Shown: positions 1 through 9,307, counted from the stretch's first letter. The stretch is 11,012 bases of DNA from Octopus sinensis (GCF_006345805.1 NW_021827160.1:1-11012), one strand, 5' to 3'. Notes: generated by a model from the letters alone, not told the origin. Made by a program: numbers and translations.

Positions 1-57
1 GTGGGCAGGAGAGACTGTTTTGGAATTAATTGTGATGCCCCACACACATAACCAGTC

Positions 58-548
58 CCCCCTCCCGAATCCATCAGCCTGGTCGTCCCGTTCCATGTGG
101 GTCGGTGAAGTGAAGACAAACACAGCAACGAGTTCTTCGAGCCCTTCTCAAATAGAAACGGCGTAATGCAGAGCTGCCTCTTAGTGCATCTGTTTTCACC
201 ATAATCTTCAAAATGAATTAGAATGCTGGCCCCTGCATAAGATACTGCTCCATCTTCAGAGACTGTCAACCAGTTCGTCTTCCTGGGATGACATTCCTAG
301 GTTGATACGCAAAGAGGAAAAAGAAATAGAAATGCGATAGACAAACGCAAACAGCGCTTTCTGCAGAATGTACAGAAGAGAAAGATGCACAACAGGAAGC
401 ACTTTATAAAGGCGCAACTATTAGTTTACATAACGCCATTCTTTGGACCAGCATCGAGCATAAACCGGGGGTTACGTACCATCACCACTTACGAGTATTT
501 GAGCGCTTCCACAAGCGCTGCTTTTACATCATCCTCAACGTAAATTGA
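58..548 (+). mobile_element. RTE-clade LINE reverse transcriptase remnant (pseudogenised, internally deleted, 3'-truncated)
   Basis: Manual translation gives these blocks across stops and frameshifts: PPESISLVVPFHVGR*SEDKHSNEFFEPFSNRNGVMQSCLL (61-183, cf. GVKQGCVL); SVFTIIFKM (189-215); ETVNQFVFLG (259-288, cf. VxxFxYLG); KEIEMR*TNANSAFCRMY (cf. EIxxRIAKAxSAFGRL); VTYHHHLRVFERFHKRCFYIILNVN* (to 548, cf. RTE LERFHQRCLRxILxIxW). The YADD/FADD block is missing between ~215 and ~259. It may extend to the window edge. Confidence 0.85.
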
Positions 549-570
549 TAGATGGATGAACGGGTAGTTG

Positions 571-586
571 GATAGATAGATAGACA

Positions 587-655
<69 letters not shown>

Positions 656-724
656 CAGACAGGCAGATAATCAGACGGACAGACAGACAGATAAATAGAT
701 AAATAAATAGATAAAATTAGATAG
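571..724 (+). repeat. (GATA)n / (GACA)n tetranucleotide microsatellite
   Basis: Long GATA run to ~654, then GACA units and degenerate GATA/AATA units. Confidence 0.97.
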
Positions 725-731
725 TGAAGGA

Positions 732-781
732 GTGTGTGTGTGTGTGTGTGTGTGTGTTGTGTGTGTGTGTGTGTGTGTGTG
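732..781 (+). repeat. (GT)n microsatellite
   Basis: About 25 GT units with one interruption. Confidence 0.97.
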
Positions 782-821
782 CAAGTGAGATATAGGGTGA
801 GGAATATTTTAGAAGAGAGTG
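781..821 (+). repeat. Copy 1 of a 41-bp non-simple inverted repeat (partner 2137-2177)
   Basis: gcaagtgagatatagggtgaggaatattttagaagagagtg matches the reverse complement of 2137-2177 at 40/41 positions. Both copies carry a (GT)n run on the same side. Confidence 0.95.
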
Positions 822-894
822 AGAATGGGATGAATGAATGAGGAAAAATAGAGAGAAGCGCGGAGGAAGAATTATATAAAGGAAGTCAGGGAAG

Positions 895-990
895 AGAAAG
901 AAAGAAAGAAGGAAAGAAAGAAAGAAAGAAAGAAAAAGAAAGAAAGAAAGAGAGAAAAAAGAAAGAAAGAAAGAAAGAAAGAAAAAGAAA

Positions 991-1027
<37 letters not shown>

Positions 1028-1040
1028 AGAAGAAAGAAAG
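895..1040 (+). repeat. (GAAA)n purine-only microsatellite
   Basis: About 146 bp of A/G only. It explains the Phe/Leu/Ser ORFs on the minus strand. Confidence 0.97.
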
Positions 1041-1346
1041 TGAGAAAGATGCATATTCCATGCTTCGCATTCCCATGTGCTGAAGAAAATTGAAACACGA
1101 TTCCATCGGCTGTCAATCCAATGCCAGTCTTGTAAATCCTTTGGCTGCCTTCAACTCAAAGCCACCAAACAAGCTGATTCAATGCCAGACAGCCCAGTTT
1201 GAACACGATGATCACACGTGTCGAACTTAAATCATATTTCCAGTCTCCAGAATCTGCTTCTACGGCACGCAATTTTGCAACGTTTTTGCATGCAAATTTC
1301 AATTTTGAACCAGACGAAAACGCAGATTTCTGCCGTTTTCTACGTA

Positions 1347-1387
1347 GTTGCTGCTGTTGTTGTTGTTGTTGTTGATGCTGTTGCTGT
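1347..1387 (+). repeat. (GTT/GCT)n trinucleotide microsatellite
   Basis: gttgctgctgttgttgttgttgttgttgatgctgttgctg. Confidence 0.9.
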
Positions 1388-1506
1388 CGGTATTTCTGGA
1401 CTATACTGATTTGCTTAATAGTGAAGTTGCTTCTATGTGCTTATAGAAATAATGCTTAAATACACTCATGCGCACGCACATACATATGTATGCGCATATC
1501 TACATT

Positions 1507-1820
<314 letters not shown>

Positions 1821-1851
1821 GGACGCACGTACGTAAAAAGGTAGATAGCTA

Positions 1852-2017
1852 AGTTTATTTATTAGCCACACAGGGCCGAACAGAGAGGGGGCAAAATACA
1901 ATATAGAGCTTTTCGTTTCGAAAATACAAAAATAAAAGGAGATAAAAGCCTACGGAAAAGACCACGGTAACCTCAGGCAGGGAGGGAATAAACACAAGAG
2001 AGCAAAGTGGTCTCTCT
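1852..2017 (-). mobile_element. Probable 3' UTR/3' end of an L1/Tx1-type LINE
   Basis: The minus strand is pyrimidine/T-rich and ends ...aagctctatattgtattttgccccctctctgttcggccctgtgtggctaataaataaac with AATAAA at the end. It has the same orientation as, and lies downstream of, the ORF2 fragment at 2194-2670. The family assignment rests on my recollection of octopus repeats, not on an alignment. Confidence 0.5.
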
Positions 2018-2091
<74 letters not shown>

Positions 2092-2124
2092 TATATATAT
2101 ATATATATAATATATATATATATA
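2018..2124 (+). repeat. Compound (AGAT)n-(AG)n-(AT)n microsatellite
   Basis: Read directly from the sequence. Confidence 0.95.
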
Positions 2125-2136
2125 GTCTTTCTCTCG

Positions 2137-2193
2137 CACTCTCTTCTAAAATATTCCTCACCCTATACCTCACTTGCACACACACACACACAC
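2137..2193 (-). repeat. Copy 2 of the 41-bp inverted repeat plus its (CA)n tail
   Basis: cactctcttctaaaatattcctcaccctatacctcacttgc (2137-2177) followed by (AC)8 to 2193. This is the reverse complement of 765-821. Confidence 0.95.
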
Positions 2194-2670
2194 TGGTCCG
2201 TCGGCCCAGCGTCCCACGATGGAGCCGCTGTTGGACGGCATGGGCTTGCTTCTCAAGGTGCCGAGCTGCAAGCCCATTGACTCTTCCCGGTTAATTTTCG
2301 CTCCCGTTACCTTTTAGTGTCTCGCCGACCAGGTCGATATGCCTGTGACTCGACACTATCACGGTGATGTCGTCCCCGTAACAGACCATGCAGGTAGGCA
2401 CTAAAGTCCACTCGGCGTTCTGACCTACTAGTTGGGTAAAGTGTTGTTGAAATGCCTCACACATCCTTTCGGCCTCGAGTAATTCACGCCCCTGCTCATC
2501 GATCAGAGACCTAATGGTGACTTTGTTGCCTCGTTACGCCTCCGTCACTCGGGCCTCTCGGGCGGCTCCAACTCCTTCGTTCCTCAAAGCACGCATCCTA
2601 GCTCTGAGAACGTATCCTTCGTGTTTGGCGTTGAAGTGTTGGTCGAGGGTCAACCTTTCCGATACACGCT
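2194..2670 (-). mobile_element. L1/Tx1-clade LINE ORF2 remnant (EN-RT linker fused to RT core by deletion)
   Basis: The minus strand reads LTLDQHFNAKHEGYVLRARMRALRNEGVGAAREARVTEA*RGNKVTIRSLIDEQGRELLEAERMCEAFQQHFTQL (L1-type linker), then CYGDDITVIVSSHRHIDLVGETLK (YxDD at 2369-2380). After a frameshift it reads VTGAKINREESMGLQLGTLRSKPMPSNSGSIVGRWADGPV (cf. Tx1/L1 GAKINxEKSxGLxLG). The segment is GC-rich relative to its flanks. Confidence 0.88.
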
Positions 2671-3187
2671 ATAATTGTTTCTGAATTCGTGGTTTGCTCA
2701 ATCGGAGCGGAATTATGTTCATATCTTTACAGGAAGCTTTGTTATTGTTGATGCTGAGAAATACGAAATTGCGAATTTCATCCTGCCTGAATTCCTGCCT
2801 ACCTTTTTATTTATTAGTCCGCCTGTCTGTCTCACTGTATCACTGTCTGTGTGGATATCTGACTGTTCTGTCTGTCAACTTGCTCGACAGTTTCCTGGCC
2901 AATTGTTCCAAGATTTATTGACGAAATAAAACTATAAAATACAAGTGGGAGAATGGGGTGGAAAAAAATGAAACAAAGTAGACATAACTACCTCTTTCTT
3001 TCTTTCTTTGCTTCGTTCTTTCTTTTTTTTATTTCTTTTCTCATAATTTTTTTTTCATTCTTTCTCTGTTCTGCTGTTCCTCTTGTTTGCCGTCTTTCCG
3101 TCGCACATCGTCTCTCATTTTGTCTTTTATTCTCAAGGAGTAACATTCACACAAATGCTAGAAACTCCTTCAAGATTTTTGCGCCAT

Positions 3188-3244
3188 ACACACACACACA
3201 CACACACACACAAGCACACATACACACACACACACACACACACA
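3188..3244 (+). repeat. (CA)n microsatellite
   Basis: Read directly from the sequence. Confidence 0.95.
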
Positions 3245-3445
3245 ATTAAAACGCGGACATGTTAGATTGACAACACAACCAATTATGTTGTAACAAGTTT
3301 GATACAAAAGAAATGGGAAGATAAACGCAGAGAAGGAGAGCGAAAGAGAGAAAGGAGGAGAGCATAAGAGATGGAGAGAGAAATAGTCAAAGAGTTTCCT
3401 TTATTTCGCACTTGTTTTTATCCAAACATCACAGCCGAAAATATT

Positions 3446-3465
3446 AGGTCAAAGGTCGCAGTTCA
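3446..3465 (+). promoter_or_regulatory. Candidate nuclear-receptor response element: three RGKTCA-type half-sites, each spaced by 1 nt (tandem DR1)
   Basis: AGGTCA-a-AGGTCG-c-AGTTCA in non-repetitive sequence. Motif match only, with no functional evidence. Confidence 0.3.
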
Positions 3466-3721
3466 ACACTTGATAAAAACCACCACAAGTACGAGTTCTT
3501 TATTCTGCAATGTCATGTCCCTTTTTCTCTTCATCAAATATCTGTGCTGAACCGACGATGTTAGAGTTAAACGTTCAAAATTCTGTTATTCATACATCGA
3601 TTAATGAGTTAGGGAGGGGCTGGGGTGTGTAACTTTTGCGCTGATGTTCTTGACATGGCTGTCATCATTAATGCTCCAAATGTGTTTTTGTGGATTTGTA
3701 CCGCTTGCTGTAGCTCTATGA

Positions 3722-3739
3722 CAGCAGCAGCAGCAGCAC

Positions 3740-3776
<37 letters not shown>

Positions 3777-3876
3777 TAGTAGTAGTAGTAGTAGTAGTAG
3801 CAATAGTAGTAGTAGTAGCAGCAGTAGAAGAAGTAGCAGTAGTAGTAGTGGCAGCAGTAGAAGTAGTAGTAGTAGT

Positions 3877-3966
<90 letters not shown>
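3722..3966 (+). repeat. Compound (GCA)n/(GTA)n trinucleotide microsatellite
   Basis: Alternating CAG and TAG blocks over 245 bp. It explains the poly-L/T/S/V/Y/C ORFs. Confidence 0.97.
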
Positions 3967-4213
3967 CATTGCTGCTGTTGTTCCTTTCAAATCTCATCCT
4001 TATTCATCCATTCGCCACCATATGCAATGACTCATCAAACGTAACACTACAAACCCAAACAAGAACAACAACAACACAAACAAAAATACCAGAAGTAAAA
4101 TTAGAAAGAATCGTTCCTATTTCACATAACACTTTTAAAAAACAATATGACCATAAAACCCTTCACATTTCAAGGAAATGCAATGTGAAGGAATGACATT
4201 CTACACAACTTCA

Positions 4214-5174
4214 CAACTACGCGGACAAAATAATGGAAACACCTTAAATTTCAAACGAATTTATTTTAATATGGGGCAGAACCAACTTTGGCAGTAATTG
4301 CCGCTTGAATTCTACGAGGTATGGACTCGTACAAAGTTTGAACAGTTTCCAAAGGAATTTTTGTCCGTTCTTCAGCTAAAACACTCTCCAGTTATTGTAG
4401 TGATGATTGTGGAGGATATCGACTCCTTACTTGTTTTTCTAAAATGCACCATAAATATTCAATAATATTGAGATCTGGGGACTGTGGTGGCCAGATAAGA
4501 TGTTCAACTTTACTAGAATGTTCCTCGTGCCATTCAGTAACAACTTTAGCATTATGAAAGACTGTGTTTCTCTCCGGAAACAGTACCGCAACCATAAGAT
4601 GAATTTAGTCAGATAAATTGTTTAAATAGTCTTCATAATTAAATCTGCCATGAAGAGAAATTAATGGGCCGGCGGATTTCCAAGACACAGCCCCCCAGAT
4701 CATCACAGATCTTCCATGTTTAACAGTTGGAAGAAATCAGTCTGGGTCAAATGATTCTTTTAGCTGTCTCCACACGTATACTCGGCCAGTGGTTGGAAAT
4801 AAGGTAAAGGATGACTCGTTCGAGAAAAGAACATTCTTTCACTGCTCTAGGGACCAGTTCTGTAGGTTTTTACTCTAATCTAAACTCTTGCGGCGCTTGT
4901 TTTTGAAAGCGGAGTTTTTTCTGATTGCAGCCTTCCCGTGAAATCTGGCTTTGTGCAGCTCCCGGCGAACAGGTTTTGTGAAAACTGGATATCCAAGGTG
5001 ATCATTAAGCTCTGCAGTAATTTTAGGAGCTGTACTTTTTGTGATCCTTTCTAACAATTCGCGTAAGAGTTCGACTGTCCCTATTGAAAGTTTTGGTTTT
5101 GTTCCGGAGTTTTGTTTCAACGAGTAGGTTTTTCCCTCTTTCTCAAAGGCTGTCATTACTCTCGAGACAGTACT
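4214..5174 (-). mobile_element. Tc1/mariner DNA transposon, dead and missing its 5' end; spacing implies DD36E (Incomer-like)
   Basis: The minus strand gives STVSRVMTAFEKEGKTYSLKQNSG..TAPKITAELNDHLGYPVFTKPVRRELHKARFHGKAAIRK (HTH region), NWSLEQ*KNVLFSNESSFTLFPTTGRVYVWR (first D mutated to N at 4818-4820), PTVKHGRSVMIWGAVSW, and WPPQSPDLNIIEYLW. It ends SIPRRIQAVITAKVGSAPY* (stop at 4266-4268). There are several stops, and the QDDNAPI block is absent at 4556/4557. A probable single TIR starts near 4214 (actacgcggacaaaataatggaaacacc). No partner TIR or clean TA TSD is seen, and similarity stops at the (TA)n at 5175. Confidence 0.93.
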
Positions 5175-5622
5175 TATATATATATATATATATAAACACA
5201 TATACATACATCCCCTTCAATTTTAAAACAGTAACTGCGAAATTTTAGAATGATCTGATGACTAATTCTCACTGTTCGAACTTCGGCTTAGATTGTCTCG
5301 TCGGTCAATAAATGATGAAGATTTGCAGGGCGTATTCAGTGCGATAAAATGCAGCGGTACATGTGATTATAATATACTGAAATACAATGGTGCAAGCTAG
5401 TATGATATAGTATTATGCAGCAATACAGAGCAGTGCAGTGATGTGTCCCGGAGCATATATTTACAAAAAGCCATGTTGGATCTAAGAAATATTACCAAAA
5501 ATGCCCAGTATTCAATAAGAGGACACTAATTTTCACTTCTTGTAATCAATCTGCGAGGATCCATTTGACATTTGCACTGTGTGTAACGGCTGCTCTCCAG
5601 TAAGAAAAAAAATCAACAGTAT

Positions 5623-5725
5623 AAATAACTACTCCTACCACAGCTATTGTTACCACCACCACTATTAATAGTACCACAACCATTAATACTACAGTTGCTA
5701 CAACCACCATCATCACTACTTCTTC
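5623..5725 (+). repeat. Degenerate (ACT/ACC)n trinucleotide repeat
   Basis: aataactactcctaccacagctattgttaccaccaccactatt...accaccatcatcactact. Confidence 0.8.
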
Positions 5726-5736
5726 TTAATATTATT

Positions 5737-5847
5737 GTTCAGTCCCACTGCATGGCACATTGGGCAAGTGTCTTCTACTATACCTTCGGGCCGACCAAAG
5801 CCTTGTGAGTGGATTTGGTAGACGGAAACTGAAAGAAGCCCGTCGCA

Positions 5848-5936
<89 letters not shown>

Positions 5937-6139
5937 TGTGTCTGTGTTTGTTCCCACAACATTGCTTGACAACCGATGCTAATGTGTTTACGTCCCCCGT
6001 AACTGAGCGGTTCGGCAAAAGGGACCGATAGAATAAGTACATGGCTTACAAAGAATAAGTCTTGGGTTCGATTTGCTCGACTAAAGGCGCTGCTCCAGCA
6101 TGGCCACAGTCAATGACTGAAACAAGTAAAAGAGTAAAA
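5737..6139 (+). mobile_element. tRNA-derived octopus-type SINE (CORE-like), 5'-truncated, with internal (TA)n(TG)n
   Basis: It starts in a B-box-like gttcagtccc and has a CORE-like ttgggcaagtgtctt (5760-5774). There is an internal microsatellite at 5847-5945, a 3' body shared with 8334-8550, and an aagtaaaagagtaaaa tail. Confidence 0.88.
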
Positions 6140-6305
6140 TTATTATTATTATCATTATTCTTATTTAATTATTTATTTATTCTCCTCCTCCTCCTCCTCC
6201 TCCTCCTCCTCCTCCTCCTCCACCTCCTCCTTTTCTCCTCTCTTTCTCCTTCTTTCTTCTCCTCCTCCTCCTCCTTCTTCACCCCTTCTTCTTCTTCTTC
6301 TTCTT

Positions 6306-6364
<59 letters not shown>
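6139..6364 (+). repeat. Compound trinucleotide microsatellite (TTA)n-(CCT)n-(CTT)n-(ACT)n-(ACC)n
   Basis: Sequential triplet blocks starting at the SINE tail. Confidence 0.96.
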
Positions 6365-6365
<1 letters not shown>

Positions 6366-6527
6366 GAGTGAGACTGCTATTCATCCAGTGGCTAACAAGA
6401 ACTAAAGGTGTCTGTCCACCATTATGCGATGAAAGTGGAATGAAAAGTTAAACGTAATGTTTATAGATGAAAAACCGTCTTTTCATTGTTGTATGTGACT
6501 GAATGTGGCCAATGAGACGAGCGTTTG

Positions 6528-6528
<1 letters not shown>

Positions 6529-6563
<35 letters not shown>

Positions 6564-6696
6564 TTACATAGATAATTAAGCAAACATACGCCGCAGACGT
6601 ACACACATGCGCAGAAATGCACACACACATTCCACAAAGACAAGCATTGTCTATGTATGCATTGACAAGTAACTGGAACTACGTGTGTGGGTATGA

Positions 6697-6736
<40 letters not shown>

Positions 6737-7096
6737 TGTGTGTGTGTGCGTGTGTGTGTATGTGTGCGTGTGTTTGTGTGTGTGTATACATATATATATA
6801 TGCATATATTCTTCATATATAATATATATATATATATATATACCCTTCATACATATATATATATACCTATATATACATATGTATACACACACACACACAC
6901 ACATATTATATACATATATACACATGTATACATTTATATATACATATATGCAAGATATATACATGCATACGTACATACATAGGTACCCGCATATATATAT
7001 ATGCATACATCCATACAAACATACATGTATGTATATATGTGTTGTATATATCTGTGTGTGTGCCTATATGTATGTACATATGTGTGTTTGTATATC

Positions 7097-7134
<38 letters not shown>

Positions 7135-7150
7135 CATATATATGCACACG
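6529..7150 (+). repeat. Mosaic of (CA)n, (TG)n, (TA)n and (TACA)n alternating purine-pyrimidine repeats
   Basis: A CA block at 6529-6558, a TG block at ~6700-6785, then near-continuous RY alternation to ~7150. Confidence 0.93.
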
Positions 7151-7180
7151 CGAGAGCACATAAAATGTTTCATCATCCCA

Positions 7181-7242
7181 TCTCTCTTTCTCTCTCTCTC
7201 TCTCTCTTTCTCTCTCTATCTCTCCTCTCTCTCTCTCCTCTT

Positions 7243-7300
<58 letters not shown>
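7181..7300 (+). repeat. (CT)n pyrimidine-only microsatellite
   Basis: About 120 bp of C/T, nearly uninterrupted. Confidence 0.96.
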
Positions 7301-7301
<1 letters not shown>

Positions 7302-7382
7302 CAATCCCTTGATTCCCCTGTTTTGTCTTCGAAAATCTCCAAATCTCCAACATAATCCTTTCTGTCAACAAAGACAAACACC

Positions 7383-7839
7383 TCAACTACCACTACAGCG
7401 ACGACGGAACACCATCACCACCACCACCACCACCACCACCACCACGCTGACGATGCACAACTGCAACGCTAACACTACCGCCACCATTAACGCTACCATC
7501 AACTCTACAAACACCACTACCAACACAACCACTACCGTCACAACCACCACCAACAACAACAACATTACTTTTACCAACACCACCAGGACCACACCCATCA
7601 CCACTATAATGCTCGCCACAAACAGAACCTTCACCACCACCACAACCACTACCACCACCGCCACCACAACCACCACCACTACAATCACCACCACCACTAA
7701 AACCACCATCGCCAACACTGTCATCTCCACCACCATTACCACCAGTTCCACGACTACCACGACAACCACTAACATCTTCATTACCATGCACATCCCAACC
7801 ACGACCACCACTGCGACCGTCGCCACAACCAACATCCCT
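7383..7839 (+). repeat. Long degenerate (ACC)n triplet repeat
   Basis: ACC-derived triplets stay in phase over ~450 bp. It explains the Thr-rich, Val-rich and Gly-rich ORFs. Confidence 0.9.
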
Positions 7840-7984
7840 TAAACCCTTTCTAATACTACAAATGCCTCCACTCCCAACCCTCACCCCCAGGGACTTCTCT
7901 TCCACAACAAAATTTCTTTCTTTCATTATCTTCTTCCATCTCGTATTTTCTGATCCTAAGATACAAATACGAACACTCACAAAC

Positions 7985-8001
7985 GCACACACACACAAAC
8001 G

Positions 8002-8047
<46 letters not shown>

Positions 8048-8063
8048 CACACACACACACACA
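7985..8063 (+). repeat. (CA)n microsatellite
   Basis: Read directly from the sequence. Confidence 0.95.
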
Positions 8064-8252
8064 TCTAAATCTGTATATGTCGGTTAGTGTGTCTCAGTAC
8101 GCTTGTTTGTGTTCCTGTATTCCTGTACCAATGCATATGTCTAATAGGTTTTTCATAATTAATCTACTCCATTTTATTCACTTTGTATACCTTCTCTATT
8201 CTTCTATACGCACACATATAAATCAGATACACGCATATACCTATACACATAT

Positions 8253-8289
<37 letters not shown>

Positions 8290-8292
<3 letters not shown>

Positions 8293-8322
8293 GCTGGGCA
8301 CCGTGCCGTCAAAAATGACGGC
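8290..8322 (-). mobile_element. Helitron 3' terminus (hairpin + 11 nt + CTAG|T)
   Basis: The minus strand reads gccgtca-tttt-tgacggc (perfect 7-bp stem, 8322-8305), then acggtgcccag (11 nt), CTAG (8293-8290), and T. This is the established Helitron 3' architecture. Confidence 0.65.
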
Positions 8323-8333
8323 TAATTGTAGTA

Positions 8334-8571
8334 TTTTACTCTTTTACTCTTTTACTTGTTTCAGTCAGTTGACTGCGGCCATGCTGGGGCACCGCCTTTA
8401 GTCGAGCAAATCAACCCCAGGACTTATTTTTTGTAAGCCTAGTACTTATTCTATTGTTCTCTTCTGCCAAACGGCTAAGTTACGGGGACGTAAGCACACC
8501 ACTATCGGTTATCAAGCGATGTTGGGGGGGGGGGGAACAAACACAGACACATAAATATATACGCACATACT

Positions 8572-8590
<19 letters not shown>
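8334..8590 (-). mobile_element. 3' half of the same SINE family as 5737-6139, opposite orientation
   Basis: Its reverse complement matches 5938-6139 at roughly 85% by eye, with a (gagtaaaa)n tail. The SINE 5' half is absent beyond the internal microsatellite. Confidence 0.9.
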
Positions 8591-8604
<14 letters not shown>

Positions 8605-8689
8605 CTGTGTGTGCGTATGTACAATATATGTATACAATATATGTTATACAATATATATATATATTTATATATATATATGTATGTATATA

Positions 8690-8722
<33 letters not shown>
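8570..8722 (+). repeat. (TA)n/(TG)n microsatellite mosaic
   Basis: Read directly from the sequence. It continues from the SINE-internal repeat. Confidence 0.9.
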
Positions 8723-8724
<2 letters not shown>

Positions 8725-9307
8725 CTCTCTTTCCCTTTCTTTCGTTCCCCCCTCCTTGCTCAGTATATGAGAATTGCTACATAGATGAATTTTAGCTTGC
8801 GTGCGAGACGGTTTGCGTGAATATATGTACACATGCTTTTATGTGTATAATTTAGATTCATATTCATACTCTGTATATGTATGTATGGCGTTTACGCGCA
8901 TCCTTTTGTGTATGTTGATATATATATGTGGATTTTAATATAAATATGTATTGCAGTATTTATAACAGGTTTAATTTCTTGCATTAATTTGTACTGTCTT
9001 CATTAACGGCAATAGGTTTTTTCCTCGGTTTTTTTTTCCTCGGATTTTATAATTTTTATAATTTTATAAGTTTTTTTTATATATATATCATATATTTTTG
9101 ACCTTTTTGTTTTATCGCTCGAAGATTGACCGTTTTTTTTCTAAAGGGCCAATCAAACAAGTCCATTTCTTTTTAAAGGTGTAGCGTTTGTAAGAGTATA
9201 GATTGAATTAATATATAAGTTCCCATTCTAGCAAAAACTGTCTGATGAACGGCAACGAGAAACTCAGAGTAACAGATTTTGTTGAATTTTTTGCTGCTAA
9301 AATAAAG

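Noticed and set aside
2675-2929. 84-aa ORF with an acceptor-like tttacag|G at ~2730
   Set aside because: There is no recognisable protein and no clear donor, and the 3' part is degenerate (CTGT)n.
4392-5207. Functional transposase genes (ORFs 4392-4595 and 4875-5207)
   Set aside because: They are fragments of one dead element, with multiple stops, frameshifts, lost catalytic aspartates and a missing N-terminus.
5545-5605. Cys-rich short frame ICEDPFDICTVCNGCSP ending at a donor-like gtaaga
   Set aside because: There is a stop two codons upstream, the only acceptor is a weak GAG, and no domain is recognisable.
7885-7955. Minus-strand 71-nt exon-like segment (ttag|G...G|gtgagg; IRKYEMEEDNERKKFCCGREVPG)
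   Set aside because: Such splice-like pairs arise by chance in 11 kb. There is no recognised product or partner exon, and RNA-seq would be needed.
9010-9070. Small tandem duplications (ttttttcctcgg x2, ttttataa x3)
   Set aside because: These are ordinary slippage products in T-rich sequence.
9195-9203. A|TCTATACT on the minus strand as a possible Helitron 5' end pairing with 8290
   Set aside because: The motif is too short, similar AGAT/ATCT sites are abundant here, and it conflicts with the helicase remnant further upstream. It is an untested alternative only.
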